Source: Sedimenticola sp. (GTDB taxonomy: Bacteria > Pseudomonadota > Gammaproteobacteria > Chromatiales > Chromatiaceae). Taken from it: a stretch of DNA of 55,507 bases. The first letter of the stretch is position 1. Every line of letters begins with the position of its first letter. Under the pieces are notes generated by a model. That model was given only the letters and a program-made list of their open reading frames with translations, was not told where the DNA came from and did not search any database. Position numbers and translations under genes: made by a program. The DNA is taken from contig JALSSX010000164.1 in the NCBI GenBank assembly GCA_026984055.1, forward strand, positions 1 to 55,507, in the 5' to 3' direction. Below, piece after piece: positions 1 through 10,426 of the stretch.

Positions 1-34
1 TGACGCCCAATCGATCTGCCTCTTTATGACTCAT
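1..34 (-). CDS. 5' end of an unidentified gene leaving the window (MSHKEADRLGV...)
   Basis: ATG (complement of 32..34) with GAGGAG (complement of 44..49) 9 nt upstream. Only 11 codons are visible, so it cannot be identified. Confidence 0.3.
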   Translation of the reverse strand, partial: MSHKEADRLGV

Positions 35-200
35 CGTAATCTGCTCCTCTGCCACGGGCCCCTCCTGAAACCAAAAGGGGACATTTTAGAATTGGACAAA
101 GAGGACATTACTGCTTTGGGCTAACATTAACTATCGTGATGTGGCCGGTGACGGCCATTTGCGCTAGAATGCGCTGTTGTTTTTTTACCCGGAGTGACCC

Positions 201-476
201 ATGGCGCGTGTTACCGTTGAAGATTGTCTGAACCACGTTGATAACCGTTTCGATCTCGTTTTGCTGGCCGCACGCCGCGCGCGCCAGATCGCGCGTGGCG
301 TGCAGCCGTTGGTCGACGATGAGAATGATAAGCCGACAGTGATCGCCTTGCGCGAGATCGGCGAGGGGCTGGTGACCAAGCAGAGCATCGAGGAGAAGAA
401 TGCGGCGGAGACGGATATCCTTGGCATGGCGCCGGCCGAAACGGATCAGGCGGATTCCCCTTCCCCGGCGGTCTGA
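201..476 (+). CDS. rpoZ: DNA-directed RNA polymerase subunit omega
   Basis: 91 aa. N-terminus [26 protein letters not shown] is the canonical RpoZ signature. GGAG RBS, and classic position upstream of spoT. Confidence 0.95.
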   Translation: MARVTVEDCLNHVDNRFDLVLLAARRARQIARGVQPLVDDENDKPTVIALREIGEGLVTKQSIEEKNAAETDILGMAPAETDQADSPSPAV

Positions 477-609
477 TCTCACTGACTATGTCACGCCCAG
501 TCAAACGGTGGAATGATCGCTCGCGCGCTGATCTCCGACATTCGACGGGCCGTATCCCTATCTTGTCGCGCCGCTTGACCTTTCCCCGGCGGCGGACAAG
601 AATCGCTAC

Positions 610-2766
610 ATGGATGTCGCCGATATCAACTTCCCCGTCAAGGCCCGCTATCTGATCAGCGATTTCACCGCTTATCTTGAAGGCTATCTGCCGCCCGACC
701 AGATCGGCGATGTCTATGAGGCCTACCTGTTCGCCGCCGAGGCGCATCAATTTCAGAAACGCCTGACCGGCGAGCCCTATATCTATCATCCAATCGCCGT
801 GGCGCGCATCCTTGCTGGCCTGCACATGGACCACAAATGCCTGATGGCGGCGATCCTGCATGATGTCATCGAGGATACCGAGACGGCGAAGAACACTCTC
901 GCCGAACGCTTTGGCGAGGATGTCGCCGAGCTGGTCGACGGTGTCAGCAAGCTGACCAAGATCGATTTTCAATCCAAGGCCGAGGCGCAGGCGGCCAGCC
1001 TGCGCAAGATGTTGTTGGCGATGACGCGCGACGTGCGCGTGATCCTGATCAAGCTGGCCGACCGGCTGCACAACATGCGCACGCTCGGCGTGATGCGACC
1101 GGACAAGGCGCGTCGCATCGCGCGTGAAACCCTGGACATCTACGCGCCGATCGCCAACCGTCTGGGGATCAACAGCATCCGTATCGAACTGGAGGATCTG
1201 GCCTTTCAGGCGCATTGGCCGTGGCGTTACCAGATCATCTCCGCCGAACTGGCGAAACGTCGCGGCAATCGCCGTGTGGTGGTTGCCGATATCGAGAAGG
1301 CCATCTACCAACGGCTGGTGCATGACGGTCTGGATGGCAAGGTGATCGGGCGCGAGAAACACATCTACAGCATCTACAAGAAGATGCGGCGCAAGCATAC
1401 CGCGTTGTCCGAGGTCGCGGATGTGTATGCCTTTCGCATCATCGTCGAGAATGTCGATACCTGCTACCGGGTGCTGGGCGCGATGCATAGCCTGTACAAG
1501 CCGCTTCCAGGCCGCTTCAAAGATTTCATCGCGATCCCGAAGGCAAACGGCTATCAATCTCTGCATACGGTGTTGTTCGGCCCGCATGGCTTGCCGATCG
1601 AGGTGCAGATTCGCACCGACGAGATGCACCGCCTGTCCGAATCCGGCATCGCCGCGCACTGGATGTACAAGACGCCGGACATGTACGATACCCCGCAGTC
1701 GCCGGGTGCCGATTGGTTGCAGGATGTGCTCGACTTGCAGAAGCAGGCCGGCGATTCCATAGAGTTTCTGGAAAGCGTGAAGGTCGACCTGTACCCCGAT
1801 GAGGTCTATGTATTCACGCCGCGTGGCAAGATCATCGTGTTGCCGAAGCGCGCCACGGTGCTGGATTTCGCCTATGCGATCCATTCCGATGTCGGTAACC
1901 AGTGCGTGATGGCGCGCGTCGACCGCAAGATCGTGCCATTGCGGCAACGTCTGTACAATGGCCAGACGGTCGAGATCGTGACCTCGCCGGACGCCCAGCC
2001 GAACCCCGGCTGGCTGGAATTCGTCACCACGGCGCGCGCGCGCGCGAATATCCGCTCCTTTCTGAAGAAGTTGCATGGCCAGGAGGCGATCGACCTGGGC
2101 AAGCGGCTGTTGGGCAAGGCGCTTGCGGCCTCCGGCATCACACTGGAAGCGGTAGAGGCGGAGCGCATGCAGGCCCTGCTGGACGAATACCGCCTGGAGG
2201 TGGTGGAGCAGTTGTACGAGGATGTCGGCCTGGGTAACCGCCCGGCGGCGCTGGTCGCGAGTCGTCTGGTGGATGAACGTCACGTGGGCAAGTCCGATTC
2301 GTCGCAGCAGAGGGCCTCGGAGACCGGCCTGGCGATTCACGGCGCCGAGGGCATGGTGGTGAACTATGCGCGCTGTTGTCGACCAGTGCCTGGAGACAGC
2401 ATCGCGGCGGTATTCAATCGCGGCAAGGGGCTGGTGGTGCATCAACAGGTATGCCCTAACATCGGGGCGTTCAGCAAGAAAGGTGACGAATGGCTGGATG
2501 TCTGTTGGGAACAAGGCATAACGCGGGAATTCTCCGCCGCGTTGCGGGTCGAAGTCGGTAATCAGCGCGGCGTGCTGGCCGTGGTTGCCGCCGAGATCGC
2601 CGAGATGGACAGCAATATAGAGAACGTCAGCAACGATGTGCGCGAGGGAGGTGCGTCATCGATAGACTTCGTTCTGACAGTCAAGGACCGGGCGCACCTG
2701 CGGCGCATCATGCGGCGCCTCGAATCCCTGCCGAATGTGATGCGTGTCAAGCGTCCCATCGGCTAA
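610..2766 (+). CDS. spoT: bifunctional (p)ppGpp synthetase/hydrolase, RelA/SpoT family
   Basis: 718 aa. Intact HD hydrolase motif (HDVIEDT), synthetase core (YQSLHT), and TGS and ACT-like C-terminal regions. Lies directly after rpoZ. Confidence 0.93.
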   Translation: MDVADINFPVKARYLISDFTAYLEGYLPPDQIGDVYEAYLFAAEAHQFQKRLTGEPYIYHPIAVARILAGLHMDHKCLMAAILHDVIEDTETAKNTLAERFGEDVAELVDGVSKLTKIDFQSKAEAQAASLRKMLLAMTRDVRVILIKLADRLHNMRTLGVMRPDKARRIARETLDIYAPIANRLGINSIRIELEDLAFQAHWPWRYQIISAELAKRRGNRRVVVADIEKAIYQRLVHDGLDGKVIGREKHIYSIYKKMRRKHTALSEVADVYAFRIIVENVDTCYRVLGAMHSLYKPLPGRFKDFIAIPKANGYQSLHTVLFGPHGLPIEVQIRTDEMHRLSESGIAAHWMYKTPDMYDTPQSPGADWLQDVLDLQKQAGDSIEFLESVKVDLYPDEVYVFTPRGKIIVLPKRATVLDFAYAIHSDVGNQCVMARVDRKIVPLRQRLYNGQTVEIVTSPDAQPNPGWLEFVTTARARANIRSFLKKLHGQEAIDLGKRLLGKALAASGITLEAVEAERMQALLDEYRLEVVEQLYEDVGLGNRPAALVASRLVDERHVGKSDSSQQRASETGLAIHGAEGMVVNYARCCRPVPGDSIAAVFNRGKGLVVHQQVCPNIGAFSKKGDEWLDVCWEQGITREFSAALRVEVGNQRGVLAVVAAEIAEMDSNIENVSNDVREGGASSIDFVLTVKDRAHLRRIMRRLESLPNVMRVKRPIG

Positions 2767-2794
2767 TGTTTCCCTATCGAGAGTGACAATATCA

Positions 2795-3175
2795 ATGACG
2801 AAAACAGTGATAAAAACCGACCAGGCGCCACAGGCGATCGGCACCTATTCGCAGGCGGTGCGTTGCGCTGGCACCATCTATCTGTCAGGCCAGATTCCGC
2901 TGCTGCCTGAAACCATGGAGATGGTCGATGGCGATATCGAGATGCAGATACGCCGCGTGTTCGATAATCTGCGCGCGGTGGCCCGCGCGGCGGGCGGTGA
3001 TTTGAGCGATATTGCAAAATTGAATGTATTCTTGACGGATCTCGGGGATTTCCCCGTGGTTAATTCGGTGATGGCCGAGTATTTCGATGAACCCTATCCC
3101 GCGCGCGCCGCGATTGGCGTGGCCGCCTTACCCAAAGATGCCGGTGTCGAGATGGACGCCGTCATGGAGCTTTGA
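2795..3175 (+). CDS. ridA: RidA/YjgF family reactive-intermediate deaminase
   Basis: [22 protein letters not shown]...IYLSGQIP...[20 protein letters not shown] is typical of RidA. ATG at 2795 chosen inside the longer ORF 2744..3175. Confidence 0.9.
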   Translation: MTKTVIKTDQAPQAIGTYSQAVRCAGTIYLSGQIPLLPETMEMVDGDIEMQIRRVFDNLRAVARAAGGDLSDIAKLNVFLTDLGDFPVVNSVMAEYFDEPYPARAAIGVAALPKDAGVEMDAVMEL

Positions 3176-3179
3176 ATCG

Positions 3180-3734
3180 ATGAAGGAAATGATGATGAAA
3201 CAATTTGCAGGCATTCTTGCCCTGACCCTGCTGCTTGGCGGTGCCCTGGTTCATGCGGAGGACGCAGCTGGCGGCAAGGCCGACAACAGCGCGGCCAACG
3301 ACCCTCGCCACGGTGACTGGAGCGTGCATTGTGTCGAGAAGAAAGACGACAAACCTGGCTGCTTCATGTACCAGAACCTGTTCAACAAGGAGAACAAGCA
3401 ACTGGTGATGCGTGTCGCCATCGGCTTCCTCGAAAAGAAGAACGAGCCGGTATCGATGATGACCCTGCCCTTGGGTGTAGGTCTGCGCGCCGGCGTGCTG
3501 ATTCAGGTCGACGATAACAAGAGCGGTCAGGCGCCTTATGAGTATTGTGACAAGGTTGGCTGCCGGGTGACGATGAAACTCGGGAAGGAAGCGGTTGAGA
3601 CGATGCGCAAGGGCAAGGTGATGAATGTCAGCTTTGCCACCGTGCAGCGCCAGAAGGTCGCCGTGCCGGTGTCTCTGAAGGGCTTCAATGAGGCACTGGA
3701 CGAGGTACTGAAGAAGAACGGCATCGATAAGTAG
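3180..3734 (+). CDS. secreted invasion-associated locus B (IalB)-like protein
   Basis: Signal peptide MKEMMMKQFAGILALTLLLGGALVHA. DWSVHC...GCFMYQ...EYCDKVGCRV pattern resembles the IalB family. Start is the ATG at 3180 within ORF 3087..3734. Confidence 0.7.
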   Translation: MKEMMMKQFAGILALTLLLGGALVHAEDAAGGKADNSAANDPRHGDWSVHCVEKKDDKPGCFMYQNLFNKENKQLVMRVAIGFLEKKNEPVSMMTLPLGVGLRAGVLIQVDDNKSGQAPYEYCDKVGCRVTMKLGKEAVETMRKGKVMNVSFATVQRQKVAVPVSLKGFNEALDEVLKKNGIDK

Positions 3735-3741
3735 CCGATCT

Positions 3742-3763
3742 GGGCCGGTGGCGTCGCCGGCCC
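3742..3763. terminator. GC-rich hairpin between convergent genes (possible bidirectional terminator)
   Basis: GGGCCGG-N8-CCGGCCC, a 7-bp perfect stem between the IalB-like stop and the yjbQ stop. No clear T-tract follows. Confidence 0.35.
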
Positions 3764-3767
3764 TCTA

Positions 3768-4193
3768 TCAATCCGGCTTTTCTCCTCCGACAACCGTTAT
3801 CGTGATCTTGCGCCGATGCGCGTGGGTGCGATGCTCCCATAGATAGATCCCCTGCCAGACGCCCAGCAGGCAACGGCCCTTGGCGACAGGTATCGTCAAG
3901 TCCATGCCGGTCAGGATGGAACGAATATGCGCCGGCATGTCGTCCGGCCCCTCGTCCGCGTGCGCGTATTGTCTGGTACCATCCGGCGCCATGCGCTGCA
4001 TAAAATTCTCCATGTCCTGGCGTACCGTCGGGTCGGCATTCTCGCACAGCATCAGCGAGGCGCTGGTGTGTTGCACGAAGACGTGGCACAGGCCAGTGTC
4101 CATGCCGCTGTCGGCGACGATGGCGTTCACCTCGCGGCTGATGTTCAGCGTGCCCCTTCCGAGGGTGTCTATCGTCAAAGTATGCTGCTTCAT
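3768..4193 (-). CDS. yjbQ: YjbQ/UPF0047 family (secondary thiamine-phosphate synthase-like) protein
   Basis: MKQHTLTIDT..GLCHVFVQHTSASL..ENADP..DMPAHI..GVWQGIYLWEHR is a typical YjbQ pattern. ATG at 4193. Confidence 0.85.
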   Translation of the reverse strand: MKQHTLTIDTLGRGTLNISREVNAIVADSGMDTGLCHVFVQHTSASLMLCENADPTVRQDMENFMQRMAPDGTRQYAHADEGPDDMPAHIRSILTGMDLTIPVAKGRCLLGVWQGIYLWEHRTHAHRRKITITVVGGEKPD

Positions 4194-4216
4194 GACATAT
4201 CCCATGGATAACAAGC

Positions 4217-6304
4217 GTGAATCATAGCGCTTTTTCCGAACAGCCTGTATCGGTGATGAAGGGCGTTGGCCCAAAGACCCGCGAACGCCTGGAGCGCCTG
4301 GGCATCCGCAATGTGCAGGATGTGCTGTTCCACCTGCCGCTGCGCTACCAGGATCGTTCGCGTATCTGGCCAGTCGGCAGCCTGCGTCCGGGCGACCAGG
4401 TCAGCATCGAGGTCGAGATCGAGCATGCCGAGGTGCATTTCGGCCGGCGCCGCTCGCTACTGGTGCGGGTCTCGGACGGCAGCGGCGCCTTGATCCTACG
4501 CCTGTTTCATTTCAGCGCGGCACAGCAGGCCGGACTCGCCAAGGGGCGCCGCATCCGCTGTTTCGGCGAGGTGCGGCGCGGGCCTGCCAGCCTGGAGATG
4601 ATCCATCCGGAATATCAACCGGTGGAGCAGTGCGAGGACATTCTGGATGCCACGTTGACGCCGGTCTACCCGACCACAGATGGTCTGCATCAACTCACTT
4701 GGCGCAGCCTGACCGATCAAGCATTGGCGTTGCTGGAATCGTCCGCCGACGGCTTGCGGGAGTGGCTGCCGGATGAACTGCTCGTTGAATCCGGCCTGCC
4801 GACCCTGACCGAGGCGGTGTGCTTTCTGCATCGTCCGTCGGTCGAGGCATCGCTGGCCCGGCTAGAAGCTGGCCAGCACCCGGCGCAGCGGCGCCTAGCC
4901 TTCGAGGAATTACTCGCGCACCAACTCAGCCTGCGCAAGATCCGCCAATTGAAGCAACAACACCGAGCGCCGAGGATGAGCGGTGATGGCGATCTGATGA
5001 CCCGCCTGATCGCCCTGTTGCCATTCGAGTTGACCGCCGCGCAGCAGCGTGTCATCGCCGAGATAGGCAAGGATATGCGCCGCGCGCGACCGATGCTACG
5101 CCTGGTACAGGGCGATGTCGGTAGCGGCAAGACGCTGGTCGCGCTGGCCGCAGGCCTGATCGCCATCGATGCCGGTTACCAGGTCGCCATGATGGCGCCG
5201 ACCGAATTGCTCGCCCGCCAACATCTGGCGAATCTGGAACGCCTGTTGCGCTCGCTGGATATCGAGACTGACTGGCTGGCCGGGCGCCACAAGGGCAAGC
5301 GCCGCGAACGTAAATTGCGCGCGCTGGCCGAAGGCGAGACCCGGTTCGCCATCGGTACCCATGCGCTGTTTCAGGACGACGTTCACTTTCAGCGGCTCGG
5401 CCTGGTGATTATCGACGAACAGCATCGCTTCGGTGTCCATCAACGCCTCGCGCTGCGTGAGAAAGGGCGGAAAGGGGCGCTGTCGCCTCATCAACTGACC
5501 ATGACCGCGACGCCGATTCCACGCACCCTGGCGATGGCCGCCTATGCCGACCTGGACGTATCGGTGATCGATGAATTGCCACCGGGGCGCAAGCCGGTGG
5601 TCACCGTCGCGATCGGCGACGATCGCCGCGCCGAGGTCATCGCGCGAGTCAGCTCTGCGGTTGGCGCCGGTCGCCAAGCCTACTGGGTATGCACTCTGAT
5701 CGAGGAGTCCGAGGCATTACAGTGCCAAGCCGCCGAGGATACCGCCGCGCAACTGGGCGAAGAACTCCCGGGCGCGCGCGTTGGCTTGGTGCATGGGCGC
5801 ATGAAAGCCGTCGACAAGGAAGTGGTGATGCAGGCCTTCAAGCAGGCCGAGTTGGATCTGTTGGTAGCCACCACGGTCATCGAGGTCGGCGTCGACGTGC
5901 CGAACGCCAGCCTGATGATCATCGAGAACCCGGAGCGTCTCGGCTTGGCGCAGCTGCACCAGCTTCGCGGACGTGTCGGGCGGGGATGCGCCGACAGTTA
6001 TTGCGTGCTGCTCTATCAGCGTCCGCTCGGGCGGCAGGCGCGCGAGCGGCTGAGTACCCTGCGCGAGACCAACGATGGCTTCATCATTGCCGAGAAGGAT
6101 CTGGAGCTGCGTGGCGCCGGCGAACTGCTGGGTACCCGACAGACCGGCGAGGTGGCTTTTCGCATCGCCGATCTGGAGCGCGACCAAGCGCTACTGCCCC
6201 AGGCCCAGGCAATGGCCGACCGGTTGTTGGCGGATCACCCAGCGAGCGTCGAACCTTTGATTCATCGCTGGATCCGGCAGGTAGACGACTATTCGTCGGT
6301 ATGA
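4217..6304 (+). CDS. recG: ATP-dependent DNA helicase RecG
   Basis: 695 aa. Wedge domain, Walker A GDVGSGKT, DEQHRFG box and TATPIPRT motif. GTG start at 4217. Confidence 0.95.
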   Translation: MNHSAFSEQPVSVMKGVGPKTRERLERLGIRNVQDVLFHLPLRYQDRSRIWPVGSLRPGDQVSIEVEIEHAEVHFGRRRSLLVRVSDGSGALILRLFHFSAAQQAGLAKGRRIRCFGEVRRGPASLEMIHPEYQPVEQCEDILDATLTPVYPTTDGLHQLTWRSLTDQALALLESSADGLREWLPDELLVESGLPTLTEAVCFLHRPSVEASLARLEAGQHPAQRRLAFEELLAHQLSLRKIRQLKQQHRAPRMSGDGDLMTRLIALLPFELTAAQQRVIAEIGKDMRRARPMLRLVQGDVGSGKTLVALAAGLIAIDAGYQVAMMAPTELLARQHLANLERLLRSLDIETDWLAGRHKGKRRERKLRALAEGETRFAIGTHALFQDDVHFQRLGLVIIDEQHRFGVHQRLALREKGRKGALSPHQLTMTATPIPRTLAMAAYADLDVSVIDELPPGRKPVVTVAIGDDRRAEVIARVSSAVGAGRQAYWVCTLIEESEALQCQAAEDTAAQLGEELPGARVGLVHGRMKAVDKEVVMQAFKQAELDLLVATTVIEVGVDVPNASLMIIENPERLGLAQLHQLRGRVGRGCADSYCVLLYQRPLGRQARERLSTLRETNDGFIIAEKDLELRGAGELLGTRQTGEVAFRIADLERDQALLPQAQAMADRLLADHPASVEPLIHRWIRQVDDYSSV

Positions 6305-6348
6305 ATCGTGAAAAGCTTGCCGGATGCTGTTAAACTGCGCCGCGTCAT

Positions 6349-6462
6349 GGTGGCCTCCGTCGGTCCCCTCGCGACGATAAGCCGTGAACCTGGTCAGGCC
6401 CGGAAGGGAGCAGCCACAGCGGTGGATTCGGGCGCCGGGGTGTGGCTGGCGGAGGCCGCCAC
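6349..6462 (+). ncRNA. ffs: signal recognition particle 4.5S RNA
   Basis: Contains the conserved domain IV core CCUGGUCAGGCCCGGAAGGGAGCAGCCA. The 5' GGUGGCCUCCG pairs with the 3' CGGAGGCCGCC (one G-U). Length and layout match E. coli 4.5S RNA. Ends are +/- a few nt. Confidence 0.9.
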
Positions 6463-6474
6463 TCCCAACGTCTT

Positions 6475-6643
6475 TTAGCAGGCCGTTGAAAAATGCCATT
6501 TTTCAACGGCCTGTGTGCGGTACAGGGATGTACCGCCATTTTCGATGACTGCAAGTCATTGAAAATGAAGGGATCGGGAAATCGCATTTTCCGGTTCCGT
6601 CGTTGAAAAAGGCCATGGAAGGACTTTTTCAACATCCGGCTAG
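6475..6643 (-). mobile_element. family-B MITE-like element (161-bp body), flanked by TTAG/CTAG
   Basis: Near-identical to copies at 10078, 26921 and 44444. Termini are CAGGNNGTTGAAAAA inverted repeats, and each end lies in a 13-16 bp hairpin. Confidence 0.85.
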
Positions 6644-6823
6644 CCCGGATTTCTCACCGGGTCGCGTAGCGAGGCCGCTCAAGATGGTGTGATGGCTGGC
6701 GTTCGCAACCAAGGGCCGCGCAGGCGTAGTCGACACTGCGTTGAGCAGCCCGACCGAGTGAACGCCTGTCAGCGCGCCGCATTGGGCGGTTGCAGTCGTG
6801 AACGGGTGAGAAATCCGGGCTAG
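6640..6823 (-). mobile_element. family-A MITE-like element (176-bp body), flanked by CTAG/CTAG
   Basis: 15-bp perfect terminal inverted repeat CCCGGATTTCTCACC. Matches copies at 29634 and 32699. It abuts element B and shares one CTAG with it. Confidence 0.85.
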
Positions 6824-6958
6824 GGAAACCCCGATCCCGCTTTTGTGAAAGTTGCCCTTGGTTGGTTTGCGGTCTCGGTCGATCCGCCGACCTGGCAATT
6901 TCCCGACCCAGGCGTATGCTGTACACTGCCCGCCTGTTTCTCTTGATTCCGGTTTTCG

Positions 6959-8671
6959 ATGTCCTATCAGGTATTGGCACGTAAATGGCGGCCGCGTCGC
7001 TTCTCCGAACTGGTCGGTCAGGAGCACGTTGTGCGCGCGTTGAGCAACGCGCTGGATCACGACCGCCTGCATCATGCCTATCTGTTCACCGGAACGCGCG
7101 GCGTCGGTAAGACCACGCTGGCGCGAATTCTGGCGAAATCACTGAACTGCGAGGCCGGGGTCGGCTCGAATCCTTGTGGTGAATGTTCGGCGTGTCGCGA
7201 GGTCGACGAGGGACGTTTCGTCGATCTGATCGAGGTCGATGCCGCATCGCGCACCAAGGTTGATCAGACCCGCGAGCTATTGGATAACGTACCCTATGCG
7301 CCGGTGCGCGGACGCTACAAGGTCTACCTGATCGACGAGGTGCATATGTTCTCCGACAGCAGCTTCAATGCGCTGCTGAAGACACTCGAAGAGCCGCCGC
7401 CGCATGTCAAATTCCTGCTTGCCACCACCGATCCACGGAAGGTGCCGATCACGGTGCTGTCGCGCTGTTTGCAATTTAATCTGAAGCGGCTGGCTCCGGA
7501 GCAGATCGGCGCGCAACTGGACAGGATTCTCAGCGCCGAACATATCGATGCCGATTCAGACGCCACGCGCCTGCTGGCGCTGGCCGCCGATGGCAGCATG
7601 CGTGACGCTCTCAGCTTGCTCGACCAGGCAATCGTATACGGCGCCGGCAAGGTTGGCGATGCTGACGTGCGCGCGATGCTAGGCAGCGTCGACCGGAGCA
7701 GGGTGCATGGCCTGCTGGAAGCGCTCGCGGACAACGATGTGGATGCCCTGTTGCGGGTTGTCGCTGAGCTTGCCGAGAGCGCGCCAGACTTCTCCGATGT
7801 GCTGAAGCAACTGCTGCGCGGCCTGCACCAGATCGCGCTGTTTCAGGCCGTGCCAGAAGCCGCCGGCCTGTCACTGGAAAGCGAGGCACTGAGTCCGCTG
7901 GCCGAGCGTATCGATGTCGAGGACGTGCAGTTATATTACCAGATCGGCCTGATCGGCCAGCGCGATCTGCCGCTGGCGCCGGATGCGCGCGCTGGCCTGG
8001 AGATGGTGCTGTTGCGCATGCTCGCGTTTCGCCCGAGTGATGGCGACAGCTTGTCCACGCCGGTTGGCAAGCCAGCCCCGCAGGCTGCCTCCCGGCGCGA
8101 GTCCGTGTCCGCGCCAGAGCGAACGGCAGCGGTCGAAAGCCCGGCTCCGGTGACTTCGCGTTCCGCTGGATCCCCATCCACGAATCCAGCACCTTCGGGC
8201 GTGGCCGAGTCGAGCGCCGGGATCGCCGCCCCGCCTTCTGCCGGCGATAGTGATTGGGCGGGTATCGTCGCCGCTCTGAAGCTTGCGGGCGTCTCGCGCG
8301 AGCTGGCGAACAACTGCGTGCTGGGCGAGCGCGACGACGACCGCTTGGTATTGCTGCTCGACCCCAACGGCGCGAGTCTGTCGACACAGGCCACCCGCGA
8401 GCGCCTCGGCAAGGCCTTGAACGACTATTTCGGTCGACCGATGCGGGTCGAGATTCGTCATCTGGAAGCGCGGCCAGTCGACATGCCGGCCGCAAGCCTC
8501 GCCGATACCCCGGCGCGCCGGCGGGAGCGCGACGACCAAGCGCGACAGCGGGATGCCGAACAGGCGATAATGAACGATCCGTTGGTGCAAGAGGTGCAAC
8601 AGGCTTTCGATGCCACGCCACTGCCCGGCTCGATTCGGCCGGCGGATAACGATAGCCATAAACAGAGGTAA
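6959..8671 (+). CDS. dnaX: DNA polymerase III subunit gamma/tau
   Basis: 570 aa. [20 protein letters not shown], Walker [10 protein letters not shown], zinc module CGECSAC, SRC motif. Low-complexity Pro/Ala/Ser linker. Confidence 0.95.
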   Translation: MSYQVLARKWRPRRFSELVGQEHVVRALSNALDHDRLHHAYLFTGTRGVGKTTLARILAKSLNCEAGVGSNPCGECSACREVDEGRFVDLIEVDAASRTKVDQTRELLDNVPYAPVRGRYKVYLIDEVHMFSDSSFNALLKTLEEPPPHVKFLLATTDPRKVPITVLSRCLQFNLKRLAPEQIGAQLDRILSAEHIDADSDATRLLALAADGSMRDALSLLDQAIVYGAGKVGDADVRAMLGSVDRSRVHGLLEALADNDVDALLRVVAELAESAPDFSDVLKQLLRGLHQIALFQAVPEAAGLSLESEALSPLAERIDVEDVQLYYQIGLIGQRDLPLAPDARAGLEMVLLRMLAFRPSDGDSLSTPVGKPAPQAASRRESVSAPERTAAVESPAPVTSRSAGSPSTNPAPSGVAESSAGIAAPPSAGDSDWAGIVAALKLAGVSRELANNCVLGERDDDRLVLLLDPNGASLSTQATRERLGKALNDYFGRPMRVEIRHLEARPVDMPAASLADTPARRRERDDQARQRDAEQAIMNDPLVQEVQQAFDATPLPGSIRPADNDSHKQR

Positions 8672-8679
8672 TCGCGAAC

Positions 8680-9003
8680 ATGAAAGGTGCACTCGGCGGC
8701 CTGATGAAGCAGGCCCAGAAAATGCAGGAAGAGATGCGGAAGACCCAGGAGCGTCTCGCCCAGGAAGAGGTGCTCGGCCAGGCCGGTGGCGGCATGGTGA
8801 AGGTGACGATGAACGGCAAGCACGAGGTATTGCGCGTCGAGATCGACGACAGCCTGATGGGTGACGACAAGGAAATGCTGGAGGATTTGATCGCGGCGGC
8901 CTGTAACGATGCAGTGAAACGCGTTGCTGACAAGATGCAGGAGAGCATGTCCGGCATGACTGCGGGGCTAAACCTGCCGCCGGGCTTCAAGCTACCCTTC
9001 TGA
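8680..9003 (+). CDS. ybaB: YbaB/EbfC nucleoid-associated protein
   Basis: 107 aa. [13 protein letters not shown]...V.V.MNG is typical of this family. Conserved dnaX-ybaB-recR order. Confidence 0.95.
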   Translation: MKGALGGLMKQAQKMQEEMRKTQERLAQEEVLGQAGGGMVKVTMNGKHEVLRVEIDDSLMGDDKEMLEDLIAAACNDAVKRVADKMQESMSGMTAGLNLPPGFKLPF

Positions 9004-9022
9004 GCCTGCTATCCAGCATCCA

Positions 9023-9628
9023 ATGGCCGACCAGAAGCCACTCTTGCGACAATTGATCGAGGCATTGCGTGTCCTGCCATCGGTGGGGCCGAAATCGGCG
9101 CAGCGCATGGCCTACCATCTGTTGGAACGCAACCGCGAGGGCGGTCGTGTGCTCGCCAGCCTGATGTTACGGGCGATGGACGACATTCAGCATTGCGAGC
9201 GCTGTCGCGACCTGTGTGAAACCCCGCTGTGCAAGCTGTGCGCGAATCCGCAACGAGACGACAGCCGGCTGTGCATTGTCGAGATGCCCGTCGATTTGCA
9301 GATGATCGAACAATCCACCGCCTACCGTGGCCGCTATTTCGTTCTGGGTGGTCGACTGTCGCCACTGGATGGCATCGGCCCGGCCGAGATCGGCCTGGAC
9401 AAGCTCAAGCGGATACTCGCTGTCGGCGAGGTCGAGGAATTGATCCTCGCCACCAATCCTACCGTCGAAGGCGAGGCCACCGCGCACTACATCAGTGACA
9501 TGGCCAATGGCTTTGCAATCGAGGTCAGTCGCATCGCCCATGGCGTGCCCCTGGGTGGCGAACTGGAGTTCGTCGACAGCGGCACCCTGGCGCATGCCTT
9601 TGCCGACCGCAAGAAGATCACCCCCTGA
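9023..9628 (+). CDS. recR: recombination protein RecR
   Basis: 201 aa. [17 protein letters not shown] helix-hairpin-helix, C4 zinc finger (CERC..C..C) and Toprim region. Confidence 0.95.
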   Translation: MADQKPLLRQLIEALRVLPSVGPKSAQRMAYHLLERNREGGRVLASLMLRAMDDIQHCERCRDLCETPLCKLCANPQRDDSRLCIVEMPVDLQMIEQSTAYRGRYFVLGGRLSPLDGIGPAEIGLDKLKRILAVGEVEELILATNPTVEGEATAHYISDMANGFAIEVSRIAHGVPLGGELEFVDSGTLAHAFADRKKITP

Positions 9629-9640
9629 AGGAGACACACC

Positions 9641-9985
9641 ATGAGCGACTGCCTGTTCTGCAAGATGGTCAGCGGCGACATCAAGCCCGCCATCGTCCAC
9701 GAAGATGACGATATCCTCGCCTTCCGCGATGTCAATCCGCAGGCCCCGCTGCACGTGCTGGTGATACCCAAGCGGCATATCGCCACGCTCAATGATCTGG
9801 ATGCCTCGGACGCCGAACTGGTTGGTCGCATGACCCTGGTCGCCCGACAGATCGCCAGGGACAAAGGCATCGCCGAGGACGGCTATCGCACAGTGATGAA
9901 CTGCAACGCGCATGGTGGCCAGACCGTGTTCCATCTGCATATGCATGTGCTTGGCGGCCGACCGATGGGATGGCCGCCGGGTTGA
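9641..9985 (+). CDS. histidine triad (HIT) nucleotide-binding protein
   Basis: 114 aa. CLFCKMVSGDI..., and the HIT motif HLHMHVLGG. Confidence 0.9.
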   Translation: MSDCLFCKMVSGDIKPAIVHEDDDILAFRDVNPQAPLHVLVIPKRHIATLNDLDASDAELVGRMTLVARQIARDKGIAEDGYRTVMNCNAHGGQTVFHLHMHVLGGRPMGWPPG

Positions 9986-10007
9986 TCACTGCCCTCGGTT
10001 GCGAACC

Positions 10008-10072
10008 CAAGCCTGCAAGGACGTATTCAAGGCGTTCCCGTGGACGAATCACAGGCGACCCGCAGGTGACTT
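10008..10072 (-). repeat. family-D repeat (core)
   Basis: Reverse complement aligns with 32591..32685 and 38966..39060. The shared core is CCATGAATACGTCCTTG plus flanks. Confidence 0.6.
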
Positions 10073-10077
10073 TCACG

Positions 10078-10246
10078 CTAACAGGATGTTGAAAAAGTCC
10101 TTCCATGGACTTTTTCAACGACGGAAGCGGAAAATGCGATTTCCCGGTTCCTTCATTTTCAATGACTTGCAGTCATCGAAAAGGGTGGTACATCCCTGTA
10201 CCGCACACAGGCCATCGAAAAATGCCATTTTTCAATGGCCTGCTAA
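10078..10246 (+). mobile_element. family-B MITE-like element (161-bp body), flanked by CTAA/CTAA
   Basis: Full-length copy with the same termini and internal hairpins as the other B copies. Confidence 0.85.
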
Positions 10247-10381
10247 CCCGGATTTCTTACCCGTTCACGACTGCGACCGCCCAATGCGGCGCGCTGACTG
10301 GCGTTCACTTGGTCGCGAACGCCAGCCATCACACCACCTTGAGCGGCTTCGCTACGCGACCCGGTGAGGAATCCGGGCTAA
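10243..10381 (+). mobile_element. family-A MITE-like element with a 45-bp internal deletion, flanked by CTAA/CTAA
   Basis: Termini and both arms match family A. The 45 bp present between two short direct repeats ((C/T)CGGTCG) in the other copies are missing here. Confidence 0.8.
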
Positions 10382-10426
10382 TCCAGTGATCGCGACCTTG
10401 GCCCACCACGTAAAGCCGCTTGAATT

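Noticed and set aside
60-150. Possible degenerate family-C fragment upstream of rpoZ (GACAAAGAGG.., ..CTATCGTGATG).
   Set aside because: Only two short word matches, with no alignable termini or hairpin. This is indistinguishable from chance.
211-2514. Very long antisense ORFs opposite real genes. Examples: 211..2514(-), 7611..8990(-), 11641..12858(-), 33700..34851(-), 34855..35874(-), 45006..45800(-), 50677..51651(-), 54341..55303(-).
   Set aside because: They lie opposite or out of frame to genes with clear family signatures. Their translations are Arg/Ala/Gly/Pro-rich and low in complexity, as expected for shadow ORFs in GC-rich DNA. No motifs were recognised.
6345-7075. Recurring 'conserved peptides' from ORFs inside the repeats. 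Examples: MLKKSFHGLFQRRNRKMRFPGSFIFNDL... at 6345..6635(-), 9912..10367, 26767..27096 and 44422..44604. Also PDFSPVHDCDRPMRRADWRSLG... at 6654..6980(-), 29585..29791 and 32683..32868.
   Set aside because: The conservation is at the DNA level in multicopy non-coding elements with TIRs and target duplications. The frames lack consistent starts or RBSs, differ in length and run into unrelated flanks. The elements also occur in both orientations relative to neighbouring genes.
6959-8671. E. coli-type programmed -1 frameshift site (A AAA AAG) producing the gamma subunit in dnaX.
   Set aside because: No AAAAAAG heptamer was seen in the gene, so there is no sequence support for that mechanism here.
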